Assembly (NCBI GenBank): GCA_027050205.1
Contig: JALUCS010000073.1
Span: forward strand, 1 to 38,757
From: a candidate division WOR-3 bacterium
GTDB lineage: Bacteria; Hydrothermota; Hydrothermia; LBFQ01
Reading direction: 5' to 3'
Length of the DNA: 38,757 nucleotides
Made by a program: the position numbers and the translations under genes
Shown here: in pieces, positions 8,192 through 18,616 of the stretch
How positions within the stretch are numbered: position 1 is the stretch's first letter
How the letters are laid out: every line of letters begins with the position of its first letter
Notes under the pieces: generated by a model
What the model was told of the DNA's origin: nothing
What the model saw: only the letters and a program-made list of their open reading frames with translations
Database searches by the model: none

Positions 8192-11100
8192 ATGGCAACC
8201 ACTTGGAAAACCATCAAGGCCGTGATAGCCTCTCTGGCCTCCCCGGAGGAGATAAAGCTCTGGTCGGAGGCCGAGAGGAAGGGTCGCGAGAGAGGGGAGT
8301 ACGGCGCCGGTGAGGTGAAGAGCGCCGAGACCATAAACTACAAGACCCTCAAACCGGAACCCGGGGGACTCTACTGTCAGAGGATCTTCGGCCCCGTAAA
8401 GGACTACGAGTGCGCCTGCGGCAAGTTCAAGGGACGGAGGTACGAAGGGGTCATATGCGACAGGTGCGGGGTTGAAGTCACGAGGTCCGACGTCCGCCGT
8501 GAGCGCATGGGCTACATAGTCCTCAACACCCCCGTGGTTCACCCGTGGTTCTACAAGATGCCCCCCTACATCATCCCCACCCTCCTGGGGATACCCAAGA
8601 GCAAGTTTGAGCTGATCATAAACTACGACGCGTACGTAATCTTGGACCCCAAGAGGTCCCCCAGCACCGTAAAGATTGAGATGGACGACGGCTCCGTCCG
8701 GACTATAAAGATGCAGAAGGGCCAGGTACTCTCGGTGGACGAGTACCGTAAGCTCATCAGCGTCCTCGGTCCCGACTCCTTCTCCGCCGGCTGGGGAGCC
8801 GAGGCCATCAAGAAGCTCCTTGAGGAGCTGAACGAGACCATAGAGGACCCCAACAGCAGGGAGAGGATAACCCGTCTTGAGTACCTCTACAGGGACACCA
8901 AGCTCAAGTTCATGCACACCACCAACCCCACGGAACGCACCCGCCTGATAAACCGCCTGAAGATCATAGAGGCCTTTATTCTCTCCGGCCAGAACCCCGC
9001 ATGGATGGTCCTTGAGGTCATACCCGTCCTGCCTCCCGACCTGCGGCCTCTCCTCCCCTTGGAGGGTGGAAAGTTTGCCAACACCGACCTTACGGACCTC
9101 TACAGGGACGTAATCCGTAGGAACCACAGGCTGAAGTTGATATACGAGAGGGGCGGCTTTGAGCTGATGATCATCAATGAGAAGCGCCAGATAAAGCACG
9201 CCGTTGAAGCTCTTATAGACAACTCCCGTCTCCGCCGCCCCTCAACCAACCGGAGCGGTCAGAGGAGGAAGTCCCTTACGGACTACCTCCGCGGTAAGAA
9301 GGGGCTGCTCCGTCGTAACCTCCTCGGTAAGCGTGTGGACTACTCCGGCCGTGCCGTGATAGTGGTCGGCCCGGAGCTGAAGCTCCATCAGGTGGGCCTG
9401 CCCAAGGACATGGCCCTTGAGCTGTTCAAGCCGTGGCTTGAGGAGAAGATGGAGAGGGCGGGCCTCGCCTACACCAGATCCGAGAAGCACGAGTTCATAA
9501 AGGAGAAGCACCAGCAGACCGTTGAGCTTCTCCTGGACGTGACTAAGCACTACCCCGTAATGCTCAACCGCGCCCCCACCCTCCACAGGGTGTCCATACA
9601 GGCCTTTGAGCCGGTACTGACGGAGGGCTACGCCATAAAGCTCCACCCCCTCGTGTGCGCCGCCTACAACGCCGACTTTGACGGCGACCAGATGGCCGTC
9701 TTCGTACCCATCCACCCTGAAGCCATAGCCGAGACCTACGCCCTCCTCCTTGCCCCCCACAACATCCTGTCCCCCGCCCACGGTGGGCCGCTCGCTACGG
9801 CCTCCCAGGATATGGTCATCGGTATAAACTACCTGACGAAGGAGAAGCCCACGGACAAGAGGGAGGAGGAACTTCCCCACTTCGCCGACCCCTACGAGGT
9901 TATGCTGGCCGTTGAGAATGGAAGGGTAGGTGTAAACGACCCCGTGGTGGTGATGCTTCCGGAGAGGGGCAACCCCTTCAACCCGGAGAAAGACGCGCCC
10001 ATCCGCCCTGTCCGTACCACGGCCGGTCGTGTGATATTCGCCTCCATCGTACCGGAGGACATGTGGGGTGAGGACTTCACCTACGGAGACCTGAATAAGG
10101 AGTACGGTAAGAGGGACATAGCAAACCTCGTCAGCCGCATCTACAAGAAGCTCGGCACGTGGAAGACGGCCCACTTCCTTGACGACATGAAGGACCTCGG
10201 TTTCAGGTGGGCGGCCTGGTCCGGCGTCACCTTCGGTATAGACGATGTCATCGTCCCGCCGGAGAAGGAGAAGATAATCAAGAAGGCCTTCAAGGAGATA
10301 GAGCAGGTTGAGAGGCTCCACGCCCAGGGTAAGATAACCCACGCCGAGAAGCAGCAGAGGATCTTTGACATATGGACCCGCGTGACCGAAGAGGTCACGG
10401 AGAAGATGCTTGAGTACCTAAGGAAGGACAAGGACGGCTTCAATCCCCTCTATATGATGGTGATGTCCGGCGCCCGTGGTAACATAGACCAGACCCGCCA
10501 GCTCGGGGCTATGAGAGGGCTGATGACGAGGCCCGCCAAGAAGGGACAGGCCGGTGAGCTCATACCCACCCCCGTACTCTCCTCCTTGAAGGAGGGTCTG
10601 TCCTCCATAGAGTTCTTCATCTCCTCCCACGGCGCCCGTAAGGGACTGTCCGACGTAGCCATGAAGACGGCCGACGCCGGTTATCTGACCCGTAGGCTCG
10701 TGGACGCCGCCCAGGAGGTCGTCGTAACCATGGAGGACTGCGGGGCCATACAGGGGCGCGCCGTCCAGGCCCTCAAGGAGGGAGAAACCATCATAGAGCC
10801 GCTCTCCTCCCGTATAGTGGGCCGGTACTCCCTCTACGACGTCTATCACCCCGTCACGGGCGAGGTGATAGTGAAGGCCGGCGAGGAGATAACCGAGGAG
10901 AAGGCCAAGGCCATAGAGGAGGCCGGTATAGACACGGTGCATATCCGCTCCGTCCTGTACTGTCAGGCCCCGCACGGCGTGTGCGCCAAGTGCTACGGCA
11001 GGAACCTCGCCACCGGCAAGAAGGTGGATACGGGCGAGGCCGTCGGTATAGTGGCCGCCCAGTCCATCGGTGAGCCGGGTACCCAGCTGACCCTAAGGAC

Positions 11101-12445
11101 GAAGCACACGGGTGGGGCGGCCGAACGTATAGTGGGCGAGTCCAAGCACGTCGCCCAGTTCCCCGGAATAGTCCGGTGGAAGGACATAAAGGCCATAGAG
11201 CAGCCGGACGGGGGATGGGTGGTCGTCTCCCGTAAGGGTAGCCTTGTCCTTGAGGGTAGGGATGGACGTACGAAGGAGTACGGACTGGAATACGGCTACA
11301 AGATATACGTCGGGGACGGTGAGAGGGTTGAGAAGGGGGACGTCCTCGCCGAGTGGGACTTCTACGCCATGCCCATCCTCGTCACCAAGGCCGGAAAGCT
11401 GGTGTTTGAGGGCCTCGTGGAGGGCGTATCCCTGAAGGAGGACCTGCAGGGTACCACCCTGGAGTACGTCGTTGAGGTAGTACGGCACCGTCGTCTCTAC
11501 CCCAAGGCGAAGGTGATAGACCCCAACACCGGAGAGGTGTTGGAGGTGATACCTCTGGCGAACGACGCCCGTCTGACCAAGAAGGCGTACGAGATCTTCA
11601 AGGGTACCGGCAACCCCTACGTCAACCCCGGTGAGGTTATAGCGAGGGTGCCGAGGCTCATCTACAAGACGAGGGACATCACCGGAGGACTGCCCAAGGT
11701 TGAGGAGCTCTTTGAGGCTCGTGTCCCGCGGAACAACGCCGTAATCGTGGAGAAGGACGGCGTCGTCAAGGACATCATCATAGACGACCGGAAGGGGATG
11801 ATCCGCATCATAGTGAAACACGATGACGGTACGGAGAGTACCTACCAGGTTAAGTACGGCGAGTATATCCTCGTCTCCAAGGGCGACCGCGTCCGGGCGA
11901 TGGACAAGCTCATAGAGGGAGACATCTCCCCCAAGGACATCCTGCGGATCAAGGGTAAGGAGGCAGCCGCCGAGTACCTCCTTGAGGAGATCCAGAAGGT
12001 CTATCGTGTCTCCGGCGTGAAGATAAACGACAAGCACATAGAGATCATAATCCGCCAGATGCTCCGCCGCGTCCGTATAGTGGACGGCGGAGACACCCGC
12101 TACCTGCCGGAGCAGATCGTAGATCTCAACCGCATCCTTGAGGAAAACCGCAGGGTTGTGGCGAAGGGTGGCAAGCCCGCCAAGTACGAGCCTATCCTCC
12201 TCGGTATAAGTAAGGTGGCCGCCACCACGGACAGTTTCCTCGCTTCGGCCTCCTTTGAGGAGGCTCCGAGGGTCCTCGCCGAGGCCGCCGTACGCAAGCA
12301 GCGGGACGAGCTTAAGGGCCTCAAGGAGAGGGTCATAATCGGGGACCTGATACCCGCCGGGACGGGCTTCCCTGCCTGGAGGATGGACAAGATTGTCCTT
12401 GAGGTGGAGGAGATGGAGGAGATGGAAACCCAGGCGGGAGGATAG
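8192..12445 (+). CDS. rpoC: DNA-directed RNA polymerase subunit beta'
   Basis: N-terminal zinc finger, LLGKRVDYSGR, catalytic NADFDGD, bridge helix, and an SI3-type insertion in the trigger loop. Confidence 0.99.
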   Translation: MATTWKTIKAVIASLASPEEIKLWSEAERKGRERGEYGAGEVKSAETINYKTLKPEPGGLYCQRIFGPVKDYECACGKFKGRRYEGVICDRCGVEVTRSDVRRERMGYIVLNTPVVHPWFYKMPPYIIPTLLGIPKSKFELIINYDAYVILDPKRSPSTVKIEMDDGSVRTIKMQKGQVLSVDEYRKLISVLGPDSFSAGWGAEAIKKLLEELNETIEDPNSRERITRLEYLYRDTKLKFMHTTNPTERTRLINRLKIIEAFILSGQNPAWMVLEVIPVLPPDLRPLLPLEGGKFANTDLTDLYRDVIRRNHRLKLIYERGGFELMIINEKRQIKHAVEALIDNSRLRRPSTNRSGQRRKSLTDYLRGKKGLLRRNLLGKRVDYSGRAVIVVGPELKLHQVGLPKDMALELFKPWLEEKMERAGLAYTRSEKHEFIKEKHQQTVELLLDVTKHYPVMLNRAPTLHRVSIQAFEPVLTEGYAIKLHPLVCAAYNADFDGDQMAVFVPIHPEAIAETYALLLAPHNILSPAHGGPLATASQDMVIGINYLTKEKPTDKREEELPHFADPYEVMLAVENGRVGVNDPVVVMLPERGNPFNPEKDAPIRPVRTTAGRVIFASIVPEDMWGEDFTYGDLNKEYGKRDIANLVSRIYKKLGTWKTAHFLDDMKDLGFRWAAWSGVTFGIDDVIVPPEKEKIIKKAFKEIEQVERLHAQGKITHAEKQQRIFDIWTRVTEEVTEKMLEYLRKDKDGFNPLYMMVMSGARGNIDQTRQLGAMRGLMTRPAKKGQAGELIPTPVLSSLKEGLSSIEFFISSHGARKGLSDVAMKTADAGYLTRRLVDAAQEVVVTMEDCGAIQGRAVQALKEGETIIEPLSSRIVGRYSLYDVYHPVTGEVIVKAGEEITEEKAKAIEEAGIDTVHIRSVLYCQAPHGVCAKCYGRNLATGKKVDTGEAVGIVAAQSIGEPGTQLTLRTKHTGGAAERIVGESKHVAQFPGIVRWKDIKAIEQPDGGWVVVSRKGSLVLEGRDGRTKEYGLEYGYKIYVGDGERVEKGDVLAEWDFYAMPILVTKAGKLVFEGLVEGVSLKEDLQGTTLEYVVEVVRHRRLYPKAKVIDPNTGEVLEVIPLANDARLTKKAYEIFKGTGNPYVNPGEVIARVPRLIYKTRDITGGLPKVEELFEARVPRNNAVIVEKDGVVKDIIIDDRKGMIRIIVKHDDGTESTYQVKYGEYILVSKGDRVRAMDKLIEGDISPKDILRIKGKEAAAEYLLEEIQKVYRVSGVKINDKHIEIIIRQMLRRVRIVDGGDTRYLPEQIVDLNRILEENRRVVAKGGKPAKYEPILLGISKVAATTDSFLASASFEEAPRVLAEAAVRKQRDELKGLKERVIIGDLIPAGTGFPAWRMDKIVLEVEEMEEMETQAGG

Positions 12446-12465
12446 GAAGCGGAATCTAAGGAACG

Positions 12466-12494
12466 GGGGAGGGGGAGGCCCCTCCCCTTTTTTT
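12466..12494 (+). terminator. Intrinsic terminator after rpoC
   Basis: GGGGAGGGG-GAGG-CCCCTCCCC followed by T7; overlaps the stop codon of the convergent gene. Confidence 0.85.
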
Positions 12495-14322
12495 ATCTGG
12501 AGATCACCCGATACACCTTCCCGTTCGCCTTTACGAAGTACACGCCACGCTCAAGTGGCACCACCACCTCCCCAACTACGTCGTCTCTCTTTATGAGACG
12601 GCCGTCAGATGAGAAGACCTCGTAGGTACCCCTACCCTTCAGTATCACCTTCCTACCGACGGTCCGTACCTCCAAGCTCAACACCTTCCCAACTTCAGAG
12701 GCGGAGAGGTCGTCCCCATCTCCCAAGATGTCGCAGTTGGGTACGATCCAGATGCTGTCCAACATCGGGGCGTTGTTGGTGGGAGGCCCTGTGCGTCTGA
12801 AGACTACCTTGTACTGAATGTAGTTGTCCCCGGAGGGGTGGAGACCGAGGTCTATCAGGCTCGTACCGGAGGCCACGGGGCCAACCCAAGGGGCGGAGGG
12901 TACATCCGTTGAGTCCCCTCCCCACCTGACGTACACTTCCAACTCCCAGTTGTCGGGGACGCACCCGATGTACTTCAGGGTGTCAAACGAGCAGGAGCCT
13001 ATCGGGGCCTCAAGGATGGAGGAGACCAACTCGGCGTAAGAGGCGTAGGTGGTGATGGTGCGGTTCCGGTATATGAAGTGGCCGTAAGGGGAGGCTAGGT
13101 TGGTGAAGACTATGTCCTGCTGGATGTCAAAGCACCCGTAGTTATCCACGTTGGCAAAGTAGAGGTTGTGGATATTCCAACCGGAGGAGAGGGTGTAGCG
13201 GGTGTAGGACGGGGCTACGTAGATATCCACGTTCCCAAGGCCTCCGAGAAAGTCCGTAAGGCCGTCCCCGTTGAAATCGCCGGCATAGAGGCCGTCGTAC
13301 ATCGTCCCCGAAGCCACATTCACCCTGGTAAAGGAGAAGCTCCCGTCGTTCCGGAGGTAGGACAGGTAGTAGCCCGACTGGTAAGGGGCGTAGGCTATGT
13401 CAATATCACCGTCGGCATCCACGTCTATGGGCCATGAGCCGTCAGAGTTGTCGGAAGAGCCACCGAAGTATGCGGCGAGAGTAAAGGTACCACCAGTGTT
13501 CTGGAAGACCATAACCGGGTAGTAACTCGTGAGAATATCCAACCACCCATCGTTGTTGAAGTCCGTCAGGTATATCCGCATAGCCTTGTAGTTGTTGTCT
13601 GTTGGATCAGAGTCGTATATCATTACCGGTATCCAGGATGAACCATCGTTTCTGAAAAGGACGACGTCTCCACCACCTCCACCGCCTCCCGGACCGCACC
13701 CGTTGGTGGCCACTATATCCACATCGCCGTCGTTATCCACATCTCCGGCATCGGCGTAGGAGATGTAGGTCCCACACCAGTAGGAGGACGAGGAGGACAC
13801 TATCTGGCTCCGGGTGAAGGTCAAGGAACCCGTCTGGTAATATACGTAGAGGCCGGACTTCATCGGGGCGAGGATGTCGGGCCTGCCGTCAAGGTCCACG
13901 TCCCTTATCCAGACCGGCCAGACCTTGCCACCGTAGAAGGAGGAGACGTCCTCAACCGTCGTTGGCGTAAAGTTCCCAAGGCCGTCGTTGAGATATACGA
14001 CCAAAACGGTGTTGGATCTGTACCCCACGAGGTCTATGTCCCCGTCCCCGTCCATATCGTAGGGGTAGGCGTTACCGTAGGGACCGGGACCGGTCAGCTC
14101 CACCGTGTCCAGTATCCACCTGGACCAGTCGTAGGCCGTGGCTACAGGGTTTATCTGACCCGGCATCCCCCACGCGACCGAATCCTGCGAACAGAACTGC
14201 GTACCCCAGGACGTAACCACACCGCATACCCCATCTCCACCATTCCAGTTGCCCTGGGCGTAGGGCTGGGCGTAAAGTCCTCCCGCCAGCAGAAGCGTAA
14301 GATACGTAAGTGACCTCCTCAT
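12493..14322 (-). CDS. Secreted FG-GAP/VCBS-repeat protein with T9SS-type C-terminal sorting domain
   Basis: Signal peptide MRRSLTYLTLLLAGGLYA. Repeated DxDGDGDxD motifs (DMDGDGDID, DVDLDGRPD, DVDNDGDVD, DFNNDGWLD, DFNGDGLTD). Tail VFSSDGRLI...GVYFVKANGKVYRVI. Confidence 0.8.
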   Translation of the reverse strand: MRRSLTYLTLLLAGGLYAQPYAQGNWNGGDGVCGVVTSWGTQFCSQDSVAWGMPGQINPVATAYDWSRWILDTVELTGPGPYGNAYPYDMDGDGDIDLVGYRSNTVLVVYLNDGLGNFTPTTVEDVSSFYGGKVWPVWIRDVDLDGRPDILAPMKSGLYVYYQTGSLTFTRSQIVSSSSSYWCGTYISYADAGDVDNDGDVDIVATNGCGPGGGGGGGDVVLFRNDGSSWIPVMIYDSDPTDNNYKAMRIYLTDFNNDGWLDILTSYYPVMVFQNTGGTFTLAAYFGGSSDNSDGSWPIDVDADGDIDIAYAPYQSGYYLSYLRNDGSFSFTRVNVASGTMYDGLYAGDFNGDGLTDFLGGLGNVDIYVAPSYTRYTLSSGWNIHNLYFANVDNYGCFDIQQDIVFTNLASPYGHFIYRNRTITTYASYAELVSSILEAPIGSCSFDTLKYIGCVPDNWELEVYVRWGGDSTDVPSAPWVGPVASGTSLIDLGLHPSGDNYIQYKVVFRRTGPPTNNAPMLDSIWIVPNCDILGDGDDLSASEVGKVLSLEVRTVGRKVILKGRGTYEVFSSDGRLIKRDDVVGEVVVPLERGVYFVKANGKVYRVISR

Positions 14323-14356
14323 AATATGCGTATTATAAAGCCGGGATGAGGCCAAC

Positions 14357-14790
14357 TAAAGTTTCCCCCACAAACGTGGGATTTCATTGGGAAAATCCAT
14401 ACCTTTAACCTCCGGCTTCGGATAAACCGGCCCCATATCAAACGAGGAGCAGGAGTCCGTGGAGCCTCTGTCGGGGCCGATGGAGAACGTTAGATCGTAG
14501 GATGACTGATAAAGACGTGATAGGTCCAAGGATACCGGGTAGGTACATCGTATCTCTATGCCATCAATTTACGACTTTGACAACTTTTTACCTCTAGCTC
14601 TCAATACCCCCTACGGTGTCATCAGGCCATACGTATATCCACCCTCATAGTGAGGATGCAGAACCTCTCCCCGCTTCCGACATAGACGATAAGGCTATCA
14701 ACCTTGGCATACTTTGTAGCCGGCACTAAACGCAGCCTCGGAGGGGAACCTGCCTTTATAACTACCCTGCCGATGGGATTCTCCACAAAC
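14357..14790 (-). pseudogene. Possible degraded gene remnant
   Basis: Two protein-like minus-strand fragments (VENPIGRVVIKAG...RVDIRMA* and IDGIEIRCTYPVSLDLS...) separated by stops; no family recognised. Confidence 0.25.
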
Positions 14791-14815
14791 GCACGGTACC
14801 GTATAATACCCTCTC

Positions 14816-15397
14816 GTGAAGAGACCCCCGATACTCTTCGCCACCGCGAACCCGCACAAAGTGAGGGAAATAAGGGAGATTCTGGGGCCGTGCTTTACCG
14901 TCCTCTCCCTCCTTGACTACGGCCTACCCGGCCCGGAGGAGAGCGGCACCACCCTTGAGGAGAACGCCGAGATAAAGGCGAGGTACGCCTACGAGCGTAC
15001 GGGGATACCGGCCGTAGGGGAGGATACCGGCCTCTTCGTCCGAGCCTTAAAGTGGGCGCCCGGTATATACTCCGCCCGTTTCTCCGGTGGGGGAGACAGG
15101 GAGAACAGGGAGAAGCTCCTGTACCTTATGAGAGGTGAGGGAGACAGGTACGCCGAGTTCCGTACGGCCCTCGTCTTCTACGACGGCCGTCGGCTGGAGA
15201 CCTTCTTGGGGGTCCTACCCGGTAGGATAGCGACGGTTGAGCGGGGGAAGGGGGGCTTCGGATACGACCCCCTCTTCGTACCGGAGGGACACACCCGCAC
15301 CCTCGCCGAGATGTCCCCACAGGAGAAGAACGCCATAAGCCACCGTAGGAAGGCCTTGATGTCCTTCCTCAAGTGGCTCGTAAGGGAGATAAGGTGA
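14816..15397 (+). CDS. rdgB: Non-canonical purine NTP pyrophosphatase (RdgB/HAM1)
   Basis: FATANPHKVRE, ENAEIKA, EDTGL, PGIYSARF, GFGYDPLF and KNAISHR motifs. Confidence 0.95.
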   Translation: MKRPPILFATANPHKVREIREILGPCFTVLSLLDYGLPGPEESGTTLEENAEIKARYAYERTGIPAVGEDTGLFVRALKWAPGIYSARFSGGGDRENREKLLYLMRGEGDRYAEFRTALVFYDGRRLETFLGVLPGRIATVERGKGGFGYDPLFVPEGHTRTLAEMSPQEKNAISHRRKALMSFLKWLVREIR

Positions 15398-16548
15398 GGG
15401 AGACCCGCATATACCTGAAACGCGGCAAGGACCGGAAAGTCCGGAACCTGTATCCGTGGGTTTATAGGGACGAGGTCCGTAGGATAGAGGAGGGGGACGT
15501 CGTAGCCGACCTCTTCTCCAACGATGGCGTATTCGTAGGCAGGGGACTGTACTCAAAGGGGGCGAGGATAGTCTGGAGGTTCCTAAGCCGGGAGTACGAT
15601 CCGATAGACCGGACTTTCTTTGAGAGAAGGATAGGGGAAGCCCTAAGCCGTCGCATCGGGATAAACTCCACGGCTTACAGGGTGGTATTCTCGGAGTCGG
15701 ATTTCCTTGGGGGTCTCGTCGTTGATAGGTACAACGGCAGCGTGGTAATACAGGTGCGCTCCAGGGGGATGGAGGAGGTGAAAAACCTGGTTGTGGATGC
15801 CCTTACCTCCACCCTCAATCCCCGATTCATCTACGAGAGGAGCGATATGGAGAGCAGGAGGGAGGAGGGCCTGGAGCCGGTGAAGGGTCCTATCCTCGGA
15901 GGTGAGCCACCCATCCTCACCATAACCGAGAATGGAGTAAGGTTCTACGTGGATGTCGTGGGCGGCCTCAAGACGGGTTTCTACCTTGACCAGAGGAGGA
16001 GTAGGGAGTACGTCGCCTCCCTAGTCCGTGAGGGGATGGAGGTACTGGACCTCTTCTCCTACACCGGGGGTTTCTCCGTATACGCCGCCCTGAAGGGGGC
16101 GAAGGTCCTCGCCGTGGATACGAAGGGGGAGGTTTTGGAGTTGGCTAAGGAGAACGCCAAACTGAACGGCGTAGAGATTGACGTCTTGAAGTACGACGCC
16201 TTCAAACTCCTTGGCGAGAGCGATAAGGCCTACGACGTCATAGTGGCCGACCCCCCGGCCATCTCCAAGCGGAAGGGGGAGAGGAAGAGGATACTGGGGG
16301 CGGTCTGGAAACTGACCTACAACGCCCTACCGAGGTTGAAGGTACCGGGCCACCTCTACATCTGCACCTGCTCCTATCAAGCCTCCCTTGAGGATATGCT
16401 GAAGTACATCCGCCTCGCTGCCATAGACCGGGGAATACCCATCCACATCCCCGCCGTCCTCGTACAGCCGGAGGACCACCCCTATTTCCCCCACTTCCCG
16501 GAGAGCCTTTACCTGAAGTGCGTCCATGCGGTCAGGGTGAGAATCTGA
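15394..16548 (+). CDS. rlmI: RlmI-like class I SAM-dependent rRNA methyltransferase
   Basis: PUA-like N-terminus (PWVYRDE), ESDFLGGLVVDRY, KTGFYLDQR, VLDLFSYTGGF, DPPA and YLK motifs; GTG overlaps the rdgB stop. Confidence 0.8.
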   Translation: MRETRIYLKRGKDRKVRNLYPWVYRDEVRRIEEGDVVADLFSNDGVFVGRGLYSKGARIVWRFLSREYDPIDRTFFERRIGEALSRRIGINSTAYRVVFSESDFLGGLVVDRYNGSVVIQVRSRGMEEVKNLVVDALTSTLNPRFIYERSDMESRREEGLEPVKGPILGGEPPILTITENGVRFYVDVVGGLKTGFYLDQRRSREYVASLVREGMEVLDLFSYTGGFSVYAALKGAKVLAVDTKGEVLELAKENAKLNGVEIDVLKYDAFKLLGESDKAYDVIVADPPAISKRKGERKRILGAVWKLTYNALPRLKVPGHLYICTCSYQASLEDMLKYIRLAAIDRGIPIHIPAVLVQPEDHPYFPHFPESLYLKCVHAVRVRI

Positions 16549-16568
16549 CGGATGGGGAAGTTGCACAA

Positions 16569-17135
16569 CGCCCTTTCAAAAACTGTAATTGTACTTTAGA
16601 AAACCTGCATCCGCGCTTCAATAAACTATAAGTCTCACTTCAGGGTCCTTGAAAAGCCGTTGAAAAGATCCGTCCGGAGGTGGATCATCCATTTAACGAA
16701 AAGCCGGACTTCAGGAACCAAAATTCGCACTTCAAAAAACTACAAAATTTTGAACAACATTGCACGCAACCCATCTTAAAAACCGAGTTTTGGTAGGCAT
16801 AAGATACAATTACCAGAAATCACCCATACGGGTTTAATCCTATGATACGGAAGATTCCATTTCAGCAGATCGTCGGAAGATACTTTCCCCAATCCACCGG
16901 AGGGCCATTGTTCGGGAGTGTAGCTCGTCCGCCTTTTCAAAAACTGTAAATCGCACTTCAAGAAATTGAAACCTGCACTTCAGTAAACTGCAAGTTGCAC
17001 TTTAGGATTCTTGCACTCCCATTAACGGATTCTAAAAGGTACGGGTGTGTTCCAACTTCAAAACTATCATTCCATCCGGCGAACGGTTGTCCCTTTCAAA
17101 AACCCGAAACCGACTTCAGGATTTTGAAACTGCAG
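16569..17135. repeat. Degenerate 20-22 bp repeat field (consensus about CACTTCARnAAACTGnAA)
   Basis: Units start near 16572, 16592, 16614, 16636, 16707, 16728, 16933, 16954, 16976, 16998, 17054, 17092 and 17112. Blocks 16569-16652 and 16930-17015 are diverged copies of each other. Confidence 0.75.
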
Positions 17136-17216
17136 AGTGGAATTGTACAACCACACCTCCTCGGACACCCTTCCATCCCCTCCGTTCGCTTGCCTAGGCT
17201 GCTGCTCCCTATCCCC

Positions 17217-17795
17217 CTACTTCATCCAATCCACCGACCTCTTCCCTATTATTTGGAGAAACTCGTTCCGGGTCCTTATATCCTCCCTGAAGACGCCCAA
17301 CATAGCGCTCGTTATCATCTTGTTGCGGGGCTTCTTCACCCCCCGCATCACCGAGCATAGGTGAATGGCCTCCACCACGACTGCTACGCCCAGCGGGTTC
17401 AGGAGTTTCTGAAGAGTCTCGGCTATCTGGACGGTCATCTTCTCTTGAATCTGGAGGCGGCGAGCATACATATCCACTATCCTGGGTATCTTGGATAGGC
17501 CTATCACCTTGTCCCTCGGGATGTAAGCCACGTGCGCGACCCCGAAGAAGGGGAGCATATGGTGTTCGCACATGGAGTAGAAGTCTATGTCCTTCACTAC
17601 CACCATCTCGTCGTACTTCTGGTGGAATATGGCGTTGTTGAGGATGACTTCAGGATCCTGTCTGTAGCCGGCGAATATCTCCTCGTACATCCGGGCTATA
17701 CGCTCCGGTGTCCCACGGAGACCCTCTCGGTCAGGGTCCTCCCCTATCTCTATCAGAAGTTCCCTTATGAGCTGGGCTATCCGTTCCCTGTTCAA
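17217..17795 (-). CDS. folE: GTP cyclohydrolase I
   Basis: [39 protein letters not shown] and HLCSVMRGV motifs. Confidence 0.97.
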   Translation of the reverse strand: MNRERIAQLIRELLIEIGEDPDREGLRGTPERIARMYEEIFAGYRQDPEVILNNAIFHQKYDEMVVVKDIDFYSMCEHHMLPFFGVAHVAYIPRDKVIGLSKIPRIVDMYARRLQIQEKMTVQIAETLQKLLNPLGVAVVVEAIHLCSVMRGVKKPRNKMITSAMLGVFREDIRTRNEFLQIIGKRSVDWMK

Positions 17796-17799
17796 CTCC

Positions 17800-18507
17800 C
17801 TACCTCCTTCCTGCGAAGAGCCTCACCCAGAACATCCCTATACCTCCGGCGACGGAGGCGTTGAGGGACTGAACGCGTCCAAACATAGGGATCTTAACGA
17901 GGTAATTGACGCTCCTCTTCACGATGTCCGACAGCCCTTTACCCTCGCTACCCACCACGAGGACGAGAGGGGAGGGTAGTTTAACGGCCGTTATATCCTT
18001 GCCGCTCATATCAAGGCCGACGGCTACGCCCCCCATCTTTTTGTACTCACTTATGAACTTGGCGGCGTTGTAGATGCTCACAGGGATGTGGAAGATGGCA
18101 CCGGCGGAGGTCTTTACGACGGCCGGAGTGATGGGGGCGGTCCTACGTGGCGGTATCACCACACCGGCAAAACCGAAGGCTTCGGCGCTCCTTATCAAGG
18201 CTCCGAGGTTCCGCACGTCCTGTATCCTATCAACGACGAGGACGGGCCTGTCGGTTTTTAGCGAGGCGTTTATTATCCTCTTGCGGTCGTAGGTTTTAAA
18301 CTCCCCTATGTCTGCCGCCACCCCCTGATGGTCCCTCACGCTCGTGAGCTTGTTCAACTCCTTGGAATTCACCAGAAGGGTTTTATGGCCGGTTATCAGT
18401 TCCAACAGGTCGTCGTCAAGGCGGCTCCCCTTCTGGATGTATATAACTTTCGGCCTACCCCCCGCCCGCAGGTACTCGTAGACCGGCCTCCTGCCGTATA
18501 TGATCAT
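17800..18507 (-). CDS. rlmB: TrmH/SpoU-family 23S rRNA 2'-O-methyltransferase (RlmB-like)
   Basis: [37 protein letters not shown] and IPM...SLNASVA motifs; start placed at ATG 18507. Confidence 0.85.
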   Translation of the reverse strand: MIIYGRRPVYEYLRAGGRPKVIYIQKGSRLDDDLLELITGHKTLLVNSKELNKLTSVRDHQGVAADIGEFKTYDRKRIINASLKTDRPVLVVDRIQDVRNLGALIRSAEAFGFAGVVIPPRRTAPITPAVVKTSAGAIFHIPVSIYNAAKFISEYKKMGGVAVGLDMSGKDITAVKLPSPLVLVVGSEGKGLSDIVKRSVNYLVKIPMFGRVQSLNASVAGGIGMFWVRLFAGRR

Positions 18508-18616
18508 AGAGGGTATTCTACGAGGGTTCAAACCTTACGATAGTGTTCTCCAGCGTTCGGGAACGGACGAACGGGCCGTAGCAGGATTTCCAACTGCAAC
18601 TATACAATCCGGAGTT

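Noticed and set aside
11120..11670. Large insertion in the RpoC trigger loop
   Set aside because: It is the known SI3 (beta' i6) sandwich-barrel insertion found in many diderm phyla.
305..12390. Long antisense ORFs opposite nusG, rpl and rpo genes (e.g. 305-1624, 8120-9199, 9242-10342)
   Set aside because: Shadow frames produced by strong codon bias of the real plus-strand genes; no recognisable motifs.
16569..17135. CRISPR array or TIGR array
   Set aside because: Units are degenerate and abut one another without unique spacers, and there are no cas or Nop-domain genes nearby.
16776..17360. Small ORFs in the repeat field (61 aa minus strand, 121 aa plus strand)
   Set aside because: No SD or family motifs, and the 20-22 bp repeat period breaks reading frames.
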